Positions 24,819-36,194 of a stretch of DNA of 64,000 bases are shown piece after piece. The position numbers and the translations under genes were made by a program. Every line of letters starts with the position of its first letter. Positions within the stretch are counted from its first letter, which is position 1. Source of the DNA: Malacoraja senta. Taxonomy: Eukaryota. The notes beneath the pieces are model-generated. The model saw only the letters and a list, made by a program, of their open reading frames with translations. It made no database searches and was not told the origin of the DNA. The DNA lies in the NCBI GenBank assembly GCA_038087875.1, contig JAXLNO010000385.1, positions 1,302,001 through 1,366,000 of the forward strand. Direction: 5' to 3'.

Positions 24819-24946
24819 GTATTTCTACCAATTCAAACAGACTGGTCTGTGGATGAGGAAGTCGAGGATCCAATTGCAGAGGGATGCGCACAGACCAAGT
24901 TCCATGAGTTTGGTAACCAGCTTAGTTTTAATCAAAAAAATAATTA

Positions 24947-25122
24947 TGTAATGGCTCGCAGAAGGCCGGATTGGCCAGGCCTAGGAGCAACCCAACCAGG
25001 ACAACTTCCGCCACGCCCACTCCCTAGTTCCCGTAACCGCTCCATCAACTTTGGGCCCGAGGTGAAGCGGCGATGCTCCTGGCCCTCTGGACCCTGGCTA
25101 CAAATGACGCTCTACTGGTACC
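24947..25122 (+). mobile_element. ~180-bp unclassified insert, possibly an LTR fragment (starts TGTAATGG)
   Basis: Non-coding, flanked by copies of TTGGTAACCAG and mirrored at 27952-28128. LTR identity rests only on the TG start. Confidence 0.35.
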
Positions 25123-25133
25123 TTGGTAACCAG

Positions 25134-25345
25134 TTTTTATAAATGTAATCAAAAATATTTATTCAAATAATAAAACAATATATACAGTACAGTAAAAAAC
25201 AAAACAGAAACCACCACCATAATACACGACGAACAAATATATAAAATAAACTACTATACAACTATGTTACAATCCTTGTCACTGATGCATTCAAACCCCC
25301 CGCGGTCCTCAGCAGTCCCGGAAATCCCCCAGGATGTCAGTGGTA
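25134..25345 (-). mobile_element. Tx1-like LINE 3' end remnant
   Basis: Reverse complement of 27730-27940, the 3' part of the Tx1 fragment. Confidence 0.75.
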
Positions 25346-25509
25346 GGAGTTGGTGTGTGCCATCACCGTCCTCTTAAAGCACTTCATCACCACAGACGTT
25401 ACTGGCAGCGGTCGGTAGTCATTGAGGCATGTTACCTTACCAATATTGACACCGGTATTAATTGTGCTCTTTTATTGTAGATGGGAACCTCAAACCTCAG
25501 CAAACCTCA

Positions 25510-26990
25510 GGAGGGGAATAGCGGACTGAAGAGGGAGAGTTTATGTAGGTACGCGAGAGATAGGTGTTTAATTCCGTGCAGACAGGCGGTGCCAGTGGTA
25601 TCAGCCCACGCCATCTGTAAAGAGAGGGTGGAGCAGGTTCACTCTCGCCTGGTTAGGTGCTGTAAAAGTAGACATATAGGTTTATCCTCCCCGGTCACTA
25701 TAAGCCACTGCGTATTGCCCTTCACGGCTGAAATAACTTCCCCCTTGCGAGGGGGCCCCCGCCGGGGACTGAACCCCACACCTTCCGGGCATCTTCCTGA
25801 TGTTTTTCGTCGATGTGGTGTCATCTGGCTCGACGGCAACAGGCAGATGTCGGCTCATGGGTGCCCCCCGGGTCACAGGCCGTTGGTTCAAGTTGTTTAC
25901 TGCTTGCTGTAACACAAGGGCCCACACAAGGGAAGTTAGTGTACGTATCTGCTCTTATAGACCATTCATTCGCTTCATCAGCCCTGCTGCTTGTGGGCAA
26001 TACTGGATGTGGAGGGTCCACTGCACCCCATTATCAGCTGCCCACTGATGTACTTTGTTACCGGTAAAGTGGGACCCATAGTCAGACTGAATCTCCCATG
26101 GGGGACCATAGACGGCCATTAGCTGGTACAGTCCATGTATCTCCCAGCCCTGGGAATGCTACTGTGTCATCCATACAGCCATACCGTCTGCAACTGCCCA
26201 CGAGTCGGTGTACAGGCGGACTGGAGTAATGTCATCAGACAAAGGGTGGGCGGCCGCCTGCCAGACGGCCTTACCTGCAACCCAACGACTAGCCATCATT
26301 AAACCATACCTGTTGTTATTCGTCAGGGGGAGCTCAGAAAATGGACCCCCCCCCCCCGCCCCAGGAATGGGGGAGGCAGGAGGTGGCTCTGGTAGTGGGT
26401 GACCTCCCGAGGGGAGGATCTTGACCTCCTCATGCAGAAGGCTAACATCGCCGGGACCTCGTTCAGCCCTATCAGACATGTACCATTTCCATTTTACAAT
26501 ACAGGAGCGCTGTGCGTGTTCTTCCTTATGGGAGACGTTGGCGAACTTAACCCAGGTCATAATAGGTAAGTGAGGTTGCATAACCATTATCCCACCCGCC
26601 GTAAGGTGTTCAGTCGCAAGAACATGCAACTAATTGTCGTTCAAAGGGGAATATCGCGCGGCGGGATCAGGCAATGTCGTTGTCCAGAAGCCCAGATGCT
26701 CCTGCCGTCCGTTATGCTGTTGCCACAGACTCCACTCCTCCTCACGAGCAGTAGCTGACACCTGCAATTCAAAAGAGACATTCTCCCGCCGTAAAGCAAG
26801 CAGGAGCGTCTGTTCCACCATCCTCTTTTTCCAGTCACTTACCACGACGGAGATGCGATTTTTCTCCGTGCCGCATCTCCGCCCTCCCCCCCTGCGGCCT
26901 AACAAGTGGAGTGGTGCGGCCTTTCCTGAATACCGCCCCGGAGCTTCAAGCCGTCTGTGGCAGAATACCACGGATTTACTACCCTCTGAC
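25510..26990 (-). mobile_element. ERV-L-like (class III) endogenous retrovirus pol remnant: connection/tether, RNase H, integrase; RT core deleted
   Basis: Connection region WSLWQ...LGFWTTTLPDPAARYSP, TEHLTAG..MQPHLPIMTWV, KWKWYMSDRAERGPGDVSLLHEEV; RNase H LYTDSWAVADGMAVW; integrase YGPPWEIQSDYGSHFTG...HIQYCPQAAGL..RMNG (~25950-26130). Confidence 0.85.
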
Positions 26991-27039
26991 CAATGAAATT
27001 CCTCATCATTTTATTTTAAGTAGTACGTCTTATTATTCT

Positions 27040-27098
27040 GAGGCTAGTCAGAGGATGGTGAATCTGTGGAATTCTGCCCCAGACGGCTGTGGGGGCCT
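27040..27098 (+). mobile_element. Very short CR1 fragment
   Basis: CAGAGGATGGTGAATCTGTGGAATTCT matches the QRVVNLWNS region of the CR1 copies (cf. 19805-19832). Confidence 0.6.
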
Positions 27099-27102
27099 CT
27101 CA

Positions 27103-27434
27103 TTGCTGAGGTTTGAGGTTCCCATCTACAATAAAAGGGCACAAATAATACAATATTGGTAAGGTAACGTGCCTCAATGATTACAGACTAACGTCTGTGG
27201 TGATGAAGTGCTTTAAGAGGACGGTAATGGCGCACATCAACTCCTACCTCTATAACAACCTGAACGCAGTATAATTTGCCGATAGCAACAAAAGATCAAC
27301 GGAGAACGTGATCACGCTGGCACTCCATCCTGCACTGGACCACTTGGGGAATAACTAAAACATTCGTCAGGCTGTTCCTCATAGACAGCAGCTCTATACT
27401 TAACACCCAGCTTCCCCTCAAAACTGGTTACCAA
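27103..27434 (+). mobile_element. Rex1/Babar RT fragment (old, degraded); resumes at 28150-28244 and 31041-31544
   Basis: Motifs [19 protein letters not shown]...FVRLFLID.SS..NT, KLVTKLMELGLCASLCNWILD. Confidence 0.75.
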
Positions 27435-27940
27435 GTGCCACGTGTATATGGAGTGTGTGAGGTTGCAGACCCTGTTCTATTATCTAAAGGGGCTGCTTCT
27501 TGCCTTCTGGCTACATTTCTCACCCACCATCCTCATCTTTGGATACCCTGTGCGTAGGGAGAGGATAGTGCTGAATATGCCCTACTTGGGTTGCTCCTGG
27601 GCCTGGCCATGCTGGCCATCCGCTAGTCACGACGCCAGGCGGAAGAGGGCTCTGCCCGAGCCAACTGCCTGCCCCTTTTCCGGGGCTACATCCGCGCCCG
27701 GATGGTGTTAACGAGGGACTACGTGCTTTCCACTGACACCGTGGGGGATATCCGGGACTGCTGGGCATCGCGGGGGTTTGAATGCATCCTTGACAAGGAT
27801 TTAACATAGTTGTATAGTAGTTTATTTTTGTATATTTGTTCGTTGTGTATTATGGTGGTGGGTTCTGTTTTGTTTTTTACTGTACTGTATATATTGTTTT
27901 AATATTTGAATAAATATTGTTGATTAAATTGTAACAAAAA
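27435..27940 (+). mobile_element. Tx1-like LINE 3' fragment
   Basis: HVYMECVRLQTLF..L (end of zinc knuckle), FWLHFSPTILIFG, LGLA.LAI, CLPLFRGYIRAR; AATAAA and an A tail; flanked by CTGGTTACCAA. Confidence 0.8.
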
Positions 27941-28246
27941 CTGGTTACCAACGGACGAGTAGAGCGTCATTTGTAGCCAGGGTCCAGAGGGCAAGGAGCA
28001 CCGCCACTTCACCTCGGGTCCAAAGGGTGAGGAGCGGTTACGGGAACTAGGGAGTGGGCGGGACCGAAGATATCCTGGTTGGGTTGCTCCTTGGCCTGAC
28101 CAATGCGTCCTTCTGCGAGCCATTGCATTTTTTTGGATTAAAAACAAAGCTGGTTACCAAACTCATGGAACTTGGTCTCTGCGCATCCCTCTGCAATTGG
28201 ATCCTCGACTTGCTAATCCACAGTCTGTTTGAATTGGTAGAAATGT

Positions 28247-29786
28247 TAAGATATCCATTATTGAGCAGCTAGCATACGCCAACTAAGCGAATGTCATTCT
28301 CCTGCAGGAGACACACTGCGAAACCGTGGAGAAATACACAATACCTGAATTCACACTAGCTACTTTCACACCAAGTAGTATATATGGTCTGGCCACTTTC
28401 ATCAGAGATGACACGGATTGGGCTATAGAAGGGTAGTCTGCAGAAGACTCAGATCTGGAATGGCTTGCAGTGAAGGTCCAGGACGTCACCATCATCAATG
28501 TGTACAAGCCACCTGTGCGTCTGGCTACAACATGCATACCAGTGTTCACCCCCACCCTGTGTGTACTCAGGTGACGTCAACTGCCACCACACCGAATGGG
28601 GCTACTCAAGATGGAATAGTGATGGAAACAGCGTCATAGATTGGGCATCCGCCAATCGCGCTTCTGTATGATCCAAAGGAGCCAAACAGCTTCCATTCAG
28701 CCCGCTGGAACACTGGTACAAACCCAGACCTAGCCTTTGCCAGTAACACAAAGAACCACCAGTTACCAACGCGCCGGGTTCTGGAGAAATTCGCACGGTC
28801 ACAGCACCGACCATCACTCATCACCACAACACCACTGGTTGCTCCAACATCGAGCGGTGGAACTTCTGCAAGGCCGACTGGGACACGTTCCAACAACTTA
28901 CAAATGCAGCCACCTCGGGCCTTCCTCCCCCAGACAGTCCCAACCTGGACTCTTCCAACCAAGCCTACTGCAACATGCTTATCAGTGCAGGCAAGAAAAC
29001 CATCCCCCGTGGCTACCAGAGGGATTACATCCCATGCTGGGATGACGAGTGTCACCAGATATACGAAGATCATACTGCTGCTGGCACCATAGTGGATTCT
29101 GAAACCACTACCACTACATTGCTCACACGCTTGGATGAGGAACGACAAGAACGCTGGATTGAGACGGTTGAATCGATCGATTTCACCAACACGGTCAAGC
29201 ATGGCACACATTCAACCGCCTGACCGGCAGAGCTACATCCAAACCCGACAAATGCCCTGTGACACAGTAACCATCATAGACCCTCAATTACCCCACGAGC
29301 AGGCTGGTTTCCGCCAAGGTCGATCCACTGCAGACCAGGTAACCCTCCTCACCCAAGGCATCGAGGACTGCTTTGCGGCAAATGAAAAGGCAGGGTTGTT
29401 CTTATGGATCTCACAGCTGCCTATGACACCGTGTGGCACCGGGGACTAACTGCAAAGCTACATTGGGTGATGCCAGACAGCCGCATGGTACGCTACATCG
29501 TGGAGCTGATATTTAACCGCAGCTTTGTGCTTAAGACCAGTGATGGACAGCCGAGTAGGATAGGTAGACTGCAGAATGGCGTCCCACAGGGATATGTCTT
29601 GGCTCCGCTGCTTTTCACCGTGTACATCCATTACCTTCCAGAGACCATCGCTGGAAAGTATGGGTATGCTGACGATCTAGCCATCCTGATGAGACACAAA
29701 GAGAGGCAGACAATCGAAAGCTCCTTGAGTCAAGACATGGGGACTTTGGCAGTATAGCTACGACAGTGGCATCTAAAGCTGAGCGA
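28247..29786 (+). mobile_element. Vingi/Ingi-type LINE, mirror copy of 22853-24818, 3' end lost
   Basis: Same motifs and same internal deletion as the left copy; DLTAAYDTVWHRGL, GVPQG.VLAP, YADD. Confidence 0.85.
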
Positions 29787-29787
29787 A

Positions 29788-31044
29788 ATTCCTCTTGGAT
29801 AGATGCAGACCGTTCTATCTGCCCAGAGAGTTTACCTCCACTGTTGTGACTGCAGCCTATATTCCTCCTGAAGCTAATGCCAAGCTTGCAATGAAAGATC
29901 TGCATACTGCCATTAGCAAGCAACAGACTCACAACCCCGAGGCAGCATTCATTGTTGCGGGTGACTTCAATCACTCCAACCTGAAGACTGTACTCCCCAA
30001 ATTCCACCAACATGTCTCCTTCGCCACTAGAGAAGACAAGACACTGGACAAAGTCTACACCAACATGGCTGAAGCTTACAAAGCCGTCCCCCTCCCTCAC
30101 CTTGGACAGTCTGATCACCTCTCATTGTTCCTGCTCCCAAAGTACTCCACACGCATCAGACGGGTTAACCCCACTGTGAGGACAATTAAAGTCTGGTCAG
30201 AGGAGGCGGACTCCACACTTCAGCAGTGTTTTGGAAACACTGACTGGAAGGCGTTTGCAGCCCAGGCCACCCTTGACTCCCACACGGACATTGACTCCTA
30301 TACATCCGCTGTTCTGGACTTTATAAACTCCACCATCAACAGTGTCACCTCCCTCAAACAGGTGACCATATTCCCGAATCAGAAGCCATGGATGAACAGC
30401 GAGGTCAGGCTACTGCTGAAAGCACGGGACACCGCTTTCAGGTCAGGCGATGCCCGAGCCTATAGTTCATCCAGGGCTAACCTGAAGAGGGGCATAAAGA
30501 AGGCCAAGCACTGCCATAAGCTCAGGATTGAGGAGCACTTCAACAACAACTCCGACCCCCGACGCATGTGGCAAGGCATCCAGGCCATCGCGGACTTTAG
30601 ACCCACCAACACCACCCCCACATCCAGCAACGCCTCCTTCCTTGAAGAGCTTAACCACTTCTATGGCCGCTTCGATAGGGACAATCTAGAGATGGCCATC
30701 AAGGCGGTGCTCCCTGCCGATCACCAGCCCCTCTCACTCACCCCCTACGACGTGTACATGGCACTGAGTAGGACTAATGCACGTAAGGCTGCTGGCCCTG
30801 ACGGCATCCCCGGGCGCGTCCTCATGGCCTGTGCTGCGCAGCTGACAGACGTCTGGACTGACATCTTCAACCTGTCACTTGCCCAAGCAGTTGTGCCCAC
30901 GTGCCTTAAATCCACCTCCATCCGCGAAAACACTCCACTGCGGCAAGCCTCAACGACTTCCGCCCAGTTGCACTTACTCCCATCATCGCCAAGTGCTTCG
31001 AGAGGCTGGTCCTGGCACAACCCAAAGGCTGCGTACCCCCCACA
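29788..31044 (+). mobile_element. Rex1/Babar LINE, better preserved segment (endonuclease to start of RT)
   Basis: Long open frame with [57 protein letters not shown]. Confidence 0.9.
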
Positions 31045-31544
31045 GTGCGAACTCCATCTTCAAGCTCATCGACAACACCACCATTGTGAATTACAGATGG
31101 TGATGAGTGTGAAAGAAGTGAGATCGACCGATTGGCCAAATGATGCCAGCACAATAACCTGGCTCTCAATATCAGTAAAACCAATGAACTGATTGTGGAC
31201 TTTGGAAGAGGAAGAATGAGGTTCCACAATCCCGTTTATATCAACGGGACGATGGTGGAGAGAGTGAACATTTTCAAATTCCTGGCGTGCATATTTCCGA
31301 AGATCTTTCCTGGACCCAGCAGACTGATGCAATTATAAATAAAGCATATCAACGCCTCTACTTCCTGAATCTACTTACGGAGATTCGGTGTGTCAAAGAG
31401 GATTCTCTTGAACATCTACAAGTGTAAAGAGGAGAACATATTGTCTGGTTGCATCATGGCCTGGTTCGACAACTACCCAGTCCATCACCGGCTGTGACCT
31501 CCCCACCATTGAAGGGATTTACCGGCGTCGCTGCCTCAAAAAAG
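31041..31544 (+). mobile_element. Rex1/Babar RT C-terminal fragment, mirror of 22250-22745
   Basis: Reverse-complement match to the left arm, including the same junction into a truncated satellite core. Confidence 0.85.
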
Positions 31545-32291
31545 AATTTGCCTTGGTGCTCCGCCCGCAAGTCGTACTCGAACACGAACTCGAGTTCGAG
31601 ATCGTGTTCGAGATAGAGTACGAGTTCGAGTGCGAATTCGAATTCGATATCGAGATCGAGTTCGAGATAGAGTTCGAGTTTGAGTTCGAGAGAGAGTTCG
31701 AGTTAGAGTTAGAGTTGACGGAATGCATGAATGAATGAATGAATGTTTATTTGCCACGTTTATCGTACAAGGAGTTTGCCTTGGTGCTCCGCCCGTGTCG
31801 AAATCCAACTCGAGTTCAAGATCGAATTCGAATTCGAGTTCGAGATAGATTTCGTGTTCGAGTTCGAGATAGATTTCGATTTCGAGATAAAGTTCGAGGT
31901 CGAGATAGTTCGTTCGAATTCGAGTTTTAGCTAGATATAGAGTTCGAGTTCAAGATAGAGTTCGAGTTCGAGTTCAAGATAAAGTTCGAGATCGAGTTTG
32001 ATATCGAGTTTGCGTTCGAGATAGTTCGAGATAGTTCAAGTTCGAGAGAGATTTCGAGATATTTCGAGTTCGAGATAAGAGTTCGAGTTCGAGTTTTAGT
32101 TAGAGAGAGAGTTAGAGATAGAGTTCGGGAGAGAGTTCGAGAGCGAGTTCGAGATAGATCTCGAGATCGATTTCGAGTTCGAGAGAGAGTTAGAGTTCGT
32201 GATAGTTCGCGTTCAAGATAGAGTTCGAGTTCAAATTCGCATTCGAGTTCGAGATCGAGATGGAGTTCAAAATAGAGTTCGAGTTTGAGTT

Positions 32292-32343
<52 letters not shown>

Positions 32344-32560
32344 GACTGAATGCATGAATAAATGAATGAATAACTTTATTGACCATGTATTCACGTACAA
32401 TGAATTTGCCTTGATGCTCCGCCCTCAAGTCGAGTTCGAGTTTGGGATATTCGTGATAGTTCGAGTTAGAGTTCGAGTTCAAGATATTCGTGATAGTTAA
32501 CTCGAACTCTATCTTGAACTCGAACTATCTCTAGCTAAAACTCGAATTCGAGTTCGAGTA

Positions 32561-33827
32561 CAATAGACAATAGACAATAGATAATAGACAATAGGTGCAG
32601 GAGTAGGCTATTTGGCCCTTCGAGCCAGCACCGCCATTTAATGTGATCATGGCTGATTATCCCCAATCAGTACCCCGTGCCTTTTCCCAATATCTCCTGA
32701 CTCCGCTATTTTTAAGATCCCTATCTAGCTCTCTCTTGAAAGCATCCAGAGAACCTGCCTCCACCGCCCTCTGAGGCAGAGAATTCCACGGACTCACCAC
32801 TAACTGTGAGAAAAAGCGTTTTCTCGTCTCCGTTCTAAATGGCTTACACCTTATTATTAAACTGTGGTCCATGGTTCTGGACTCCCCCAACATCGGGAAC
32901 ATATTTCCTGCCTCTAGCGTGTCCCAGCCCTTAACAATCTTGTATGTTTCAATGAGATATCCTCTCTTCCTTCTAAACTCCAAAGTGTCCAAGCCCAGCT
33001 GCTCCATCCTGGGAATTAACTGCGCTGCACTCCCTCAATAGCAAGAATGTACTTCCTCAAATTAGGGGACCAAAACTGCACACAATATTCCAGTTGTGGT
33101 CTCACTAGGGCTCTGTACAACCGCAGAAGGACCTCTTTGCTCCTATATTCGATTCCTCTTGTTATAAAGGCCAACATGCCATTCGCTTTCTTCACTGCCT
33201 GCTGTACCTGCATGTTTACTTTCATAGACTGGTGTACAAGGACCCCCAGATCCCGTTGTACTTCCTCGTTTCCCAACTTGACGATATTTAGATAGAAATC
33301 TGCCTTCTGTTTTTTGCTACCAAAGTGGATAACCTCACATTTATCCGAATTGAACTTCATCTGCCATGCATCTGCCCACTCCCTAACCTGTCCAAGTCAC
33401 CCTGCATTCTCATAGCATCCTCCGCCCAGTTCACACTGCCACCCAGCTTTGTGTTATCTGCAAATTGCCTAATGTTACTATGAATCCCTTCATCCAAATC
33501 ATTGATGTATATTATAAATAGCTGAGGTCGCAGCACCGAGCCTTTCGGTACGTCACTCGTCACAGCCTGCCATTCTGAAAGGGGCCCGTTAATCCTTATT
33601 CTTTGTTTCCTGTCTGCCAACCACTTCTCTATCCATGTCAGCACTCTACCCCCAATACCATGTGCCCTAATTGTGACCACTAATCTCCTATGTGGGACCT
33701 TATCAAATGCTTTCTGAAAGTCCAGGCACACTACATCCACGGGCTCTCCCTTGTCCATTTTCCTAGTTACATCTTCAAAAAATTCCAGTAGATTAATCAA
33801 GCATGATTTACCCTTCATAAATCCAAG
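32561..33827 (-). mobile_element. CR1 LINE, mirror copy of 20217-21506
   Basis: Same 5' truncation point, same (CTATTGT)n tail and same flanking satellite; small deletions near 33005-33020. Confidence 0.92.
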
Positions 33828-36160
33828 TTGGAGTTGGAGTTCGAGTTCGAGATAGATTTGAGGGTCGAGATAGAATTCGAGTTCGAGATAGTTCGAGTTA
33901 GAGTTCAAGTTCGAGCTCGAGTTCGAGTTAAATGAATGAATGAATGATTGAATGAATGAATGAATGAATACGTTTATTGGCCAAGTATTCACATACAAGG
34001 AATTTCCCTTGGTGCTCCGCCCGTAACTTGAACTCCAACTCGAGTTCGAGATAGATAGTTTTCGAGTTCGAGATGGAGTTCGTCATAGAGTTCGTGTTAG
34101 AGTTCGAGTTCAAGTTGGAGTTGGAGTTGGAGTTGGAGTTCGAGATCGAGTTCGAGTTCGAGTTTGGGAGAGAGTTCGAGATAGCGTTAGAGTTCGAATT
34201 CGAATTCGAGTTCGAGATCGAGTTCGAGATAGAGTTCGAATTCTAGAGAGATTTCGAGATAGACTTGGAATTCGAGATAGATTTCGAGTTCGAGATAAAG
34301 TTTGTGATAGAGTTCGAGTTCGAGATAGTGTTCGGGTTCGCGTTCAAGTTCGAGCTCGAGTTAGAGTTGAATGAATGAATGAATGAATGAATGAATGAAT
34401 AAGTTTACTGGCCAAGTATTCGCATACAAGGAATTTGCCTTGGTGCTCCGCCCGTAAGTCGAACTCCAACTCGAGTTCGAGATAGAATATGAGGTCGAGT
34501 TCGCGTTCGAGTTCTAGATAGTTCGAGTTCGAGATAGAGTTCGAGTTCGAGTTCGTATTCGAGTTCGCGAAAGAGTTCGAGATAGATATAGAGTTCGTGA
34601 TAAAATTCGAGATACAGTTCGAGTTCAAGTTCGATTTGGAGTTGGAGTTGGAGTTCGCGTTCGAGTTCGAGATAGAGTTCGAGTACGAGATACAATTCGA
34701 GCTCGAGTACGAGTTCAAGATAGAGTTCGAGAGAGTTCGAGATAAATGAATGAATGAATGAATAAATGCATAAGTTTATTGGCCATGTATTCACATACAA
34801 AGAGTTTGTCTTGGTGCTCCGCCCGCAAGTCGATAGAGATAGAGTTCGAGTCGTGATAGAATTAGTGAGAGTTCGAGTTGATGTTCGAGTTCGAATTGGT
34901 TCGAGTTCAAGATATAGTTCGAGTTCAAGTTCAAATTCGTTTGAGTTCGAGTTCAAGTTCGAGATAGAGTTCGAGTTCGAGTTCGAGTTGAATGAATGAA
35001 TGAATGGATGAATGAATGAATGAATACGTTTATTGGCCAAGTATTCACATACAAGGAATTTGCCTTGGTGCTCCGCCCGTAAGTCGAAATCCAACTCGAG
35101 TTCGAGATCGAATTCGAGTTCGAGTTCCAGATAGATTTCGAGTTCGAGATAGAGTTCGAGGTCGAGATAGAGTTCGAGTTTGAATTCGAGTTTTAGCTAA
35201 AGTTCGAGTTCAAGATGGAGTTCGTGTTCAAGATAGAGTTCCAGTTCGAGATCGAGTTTTAGATGGAGTTCGCGTCCGAGATAGATCGAGGTAGAGTTCG
35301 AGTTCGAGATAGTTCGAGTTCGAGATCAGAGTTCGAGTTCGAGATATAGTACGAGTTCGAGTTCGAGTTTTGGTTAGAGAGAGAGCTCGAGATAGAGTTC
35401 GAGTTCGAATTCGAGTTCGAGTTCGGGTTAGAATTCGAGTTCGAGTTCGATAGAATTCGAGTTCGAGTTCGTTCGAGCTCGAGTTCGAGTTAAATGAATG
35501 AAGGATTGTATAAGTTTATTGACTGTATTCACCAAGTTTATTGGGCAAGATTTATGCCTTGGTTCTCCGCCCGAAAGTCGAACCCGAACTCGAGTTCGCG
35601 ATAGTTCGAGTTCGAGATCGCGTTCGAGATTGAGATCGAGATCGAGGTCGAGTTCGAGTTCGAGAGAGAGTTCAAGATAGATTTCGATATAAATTTCGAG
35701 TTCGAAATAGAGCTCGAGTTCGAGATTGAGTTCGACTTCGAGATAGAGTTCGAGATCGAGATAGAGATCGAGATCGAGTTAGAGTTAGGGAGAGAGTTCC
35801 ATATAGAGTTCGAGTTCAAGATAGTTCGAGTTCGAGTTCAAGATAGAGCTCGAGATCGAGTTCGAGTTCGCGTTCGAGATAGTTCGAGATAGAGTTCGAG
35901 ATAGAGTTCGAGTTCAAATTCGAGTTTTAGCTAGAAATAGAGTTCGAGTTCAAGATAGATTTCGAGTTCGAGTTCAAGATAAAGTTCGAGTTCTAGATCG
36001 AGGTCGAGTTTGAGATCGAGTTCGCGTTAGAGATATTTCGAGATAGAGTTCGAGATAGAGTTCAAGTTCGAGAGAAAGTTCGAGATATTTCGGGTTCGAG
36101 ATAAGTGTTCGAGTACGAGATAGTTCGAGTTCGAGATAGAGTACGAGTTTGAGATTTAGT

Positions 36161-36194
<34 letters not shown>

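Noticed and set aside
24947..25122. Retroposed small RNA (H/ACA snoRNA, 7SK, MRP or telomerase RNA)
   Set aside because: The ACA-like end is not conserved in the mirror copy, and I recognise no match to those RNAs. An Rfam search would be needed.
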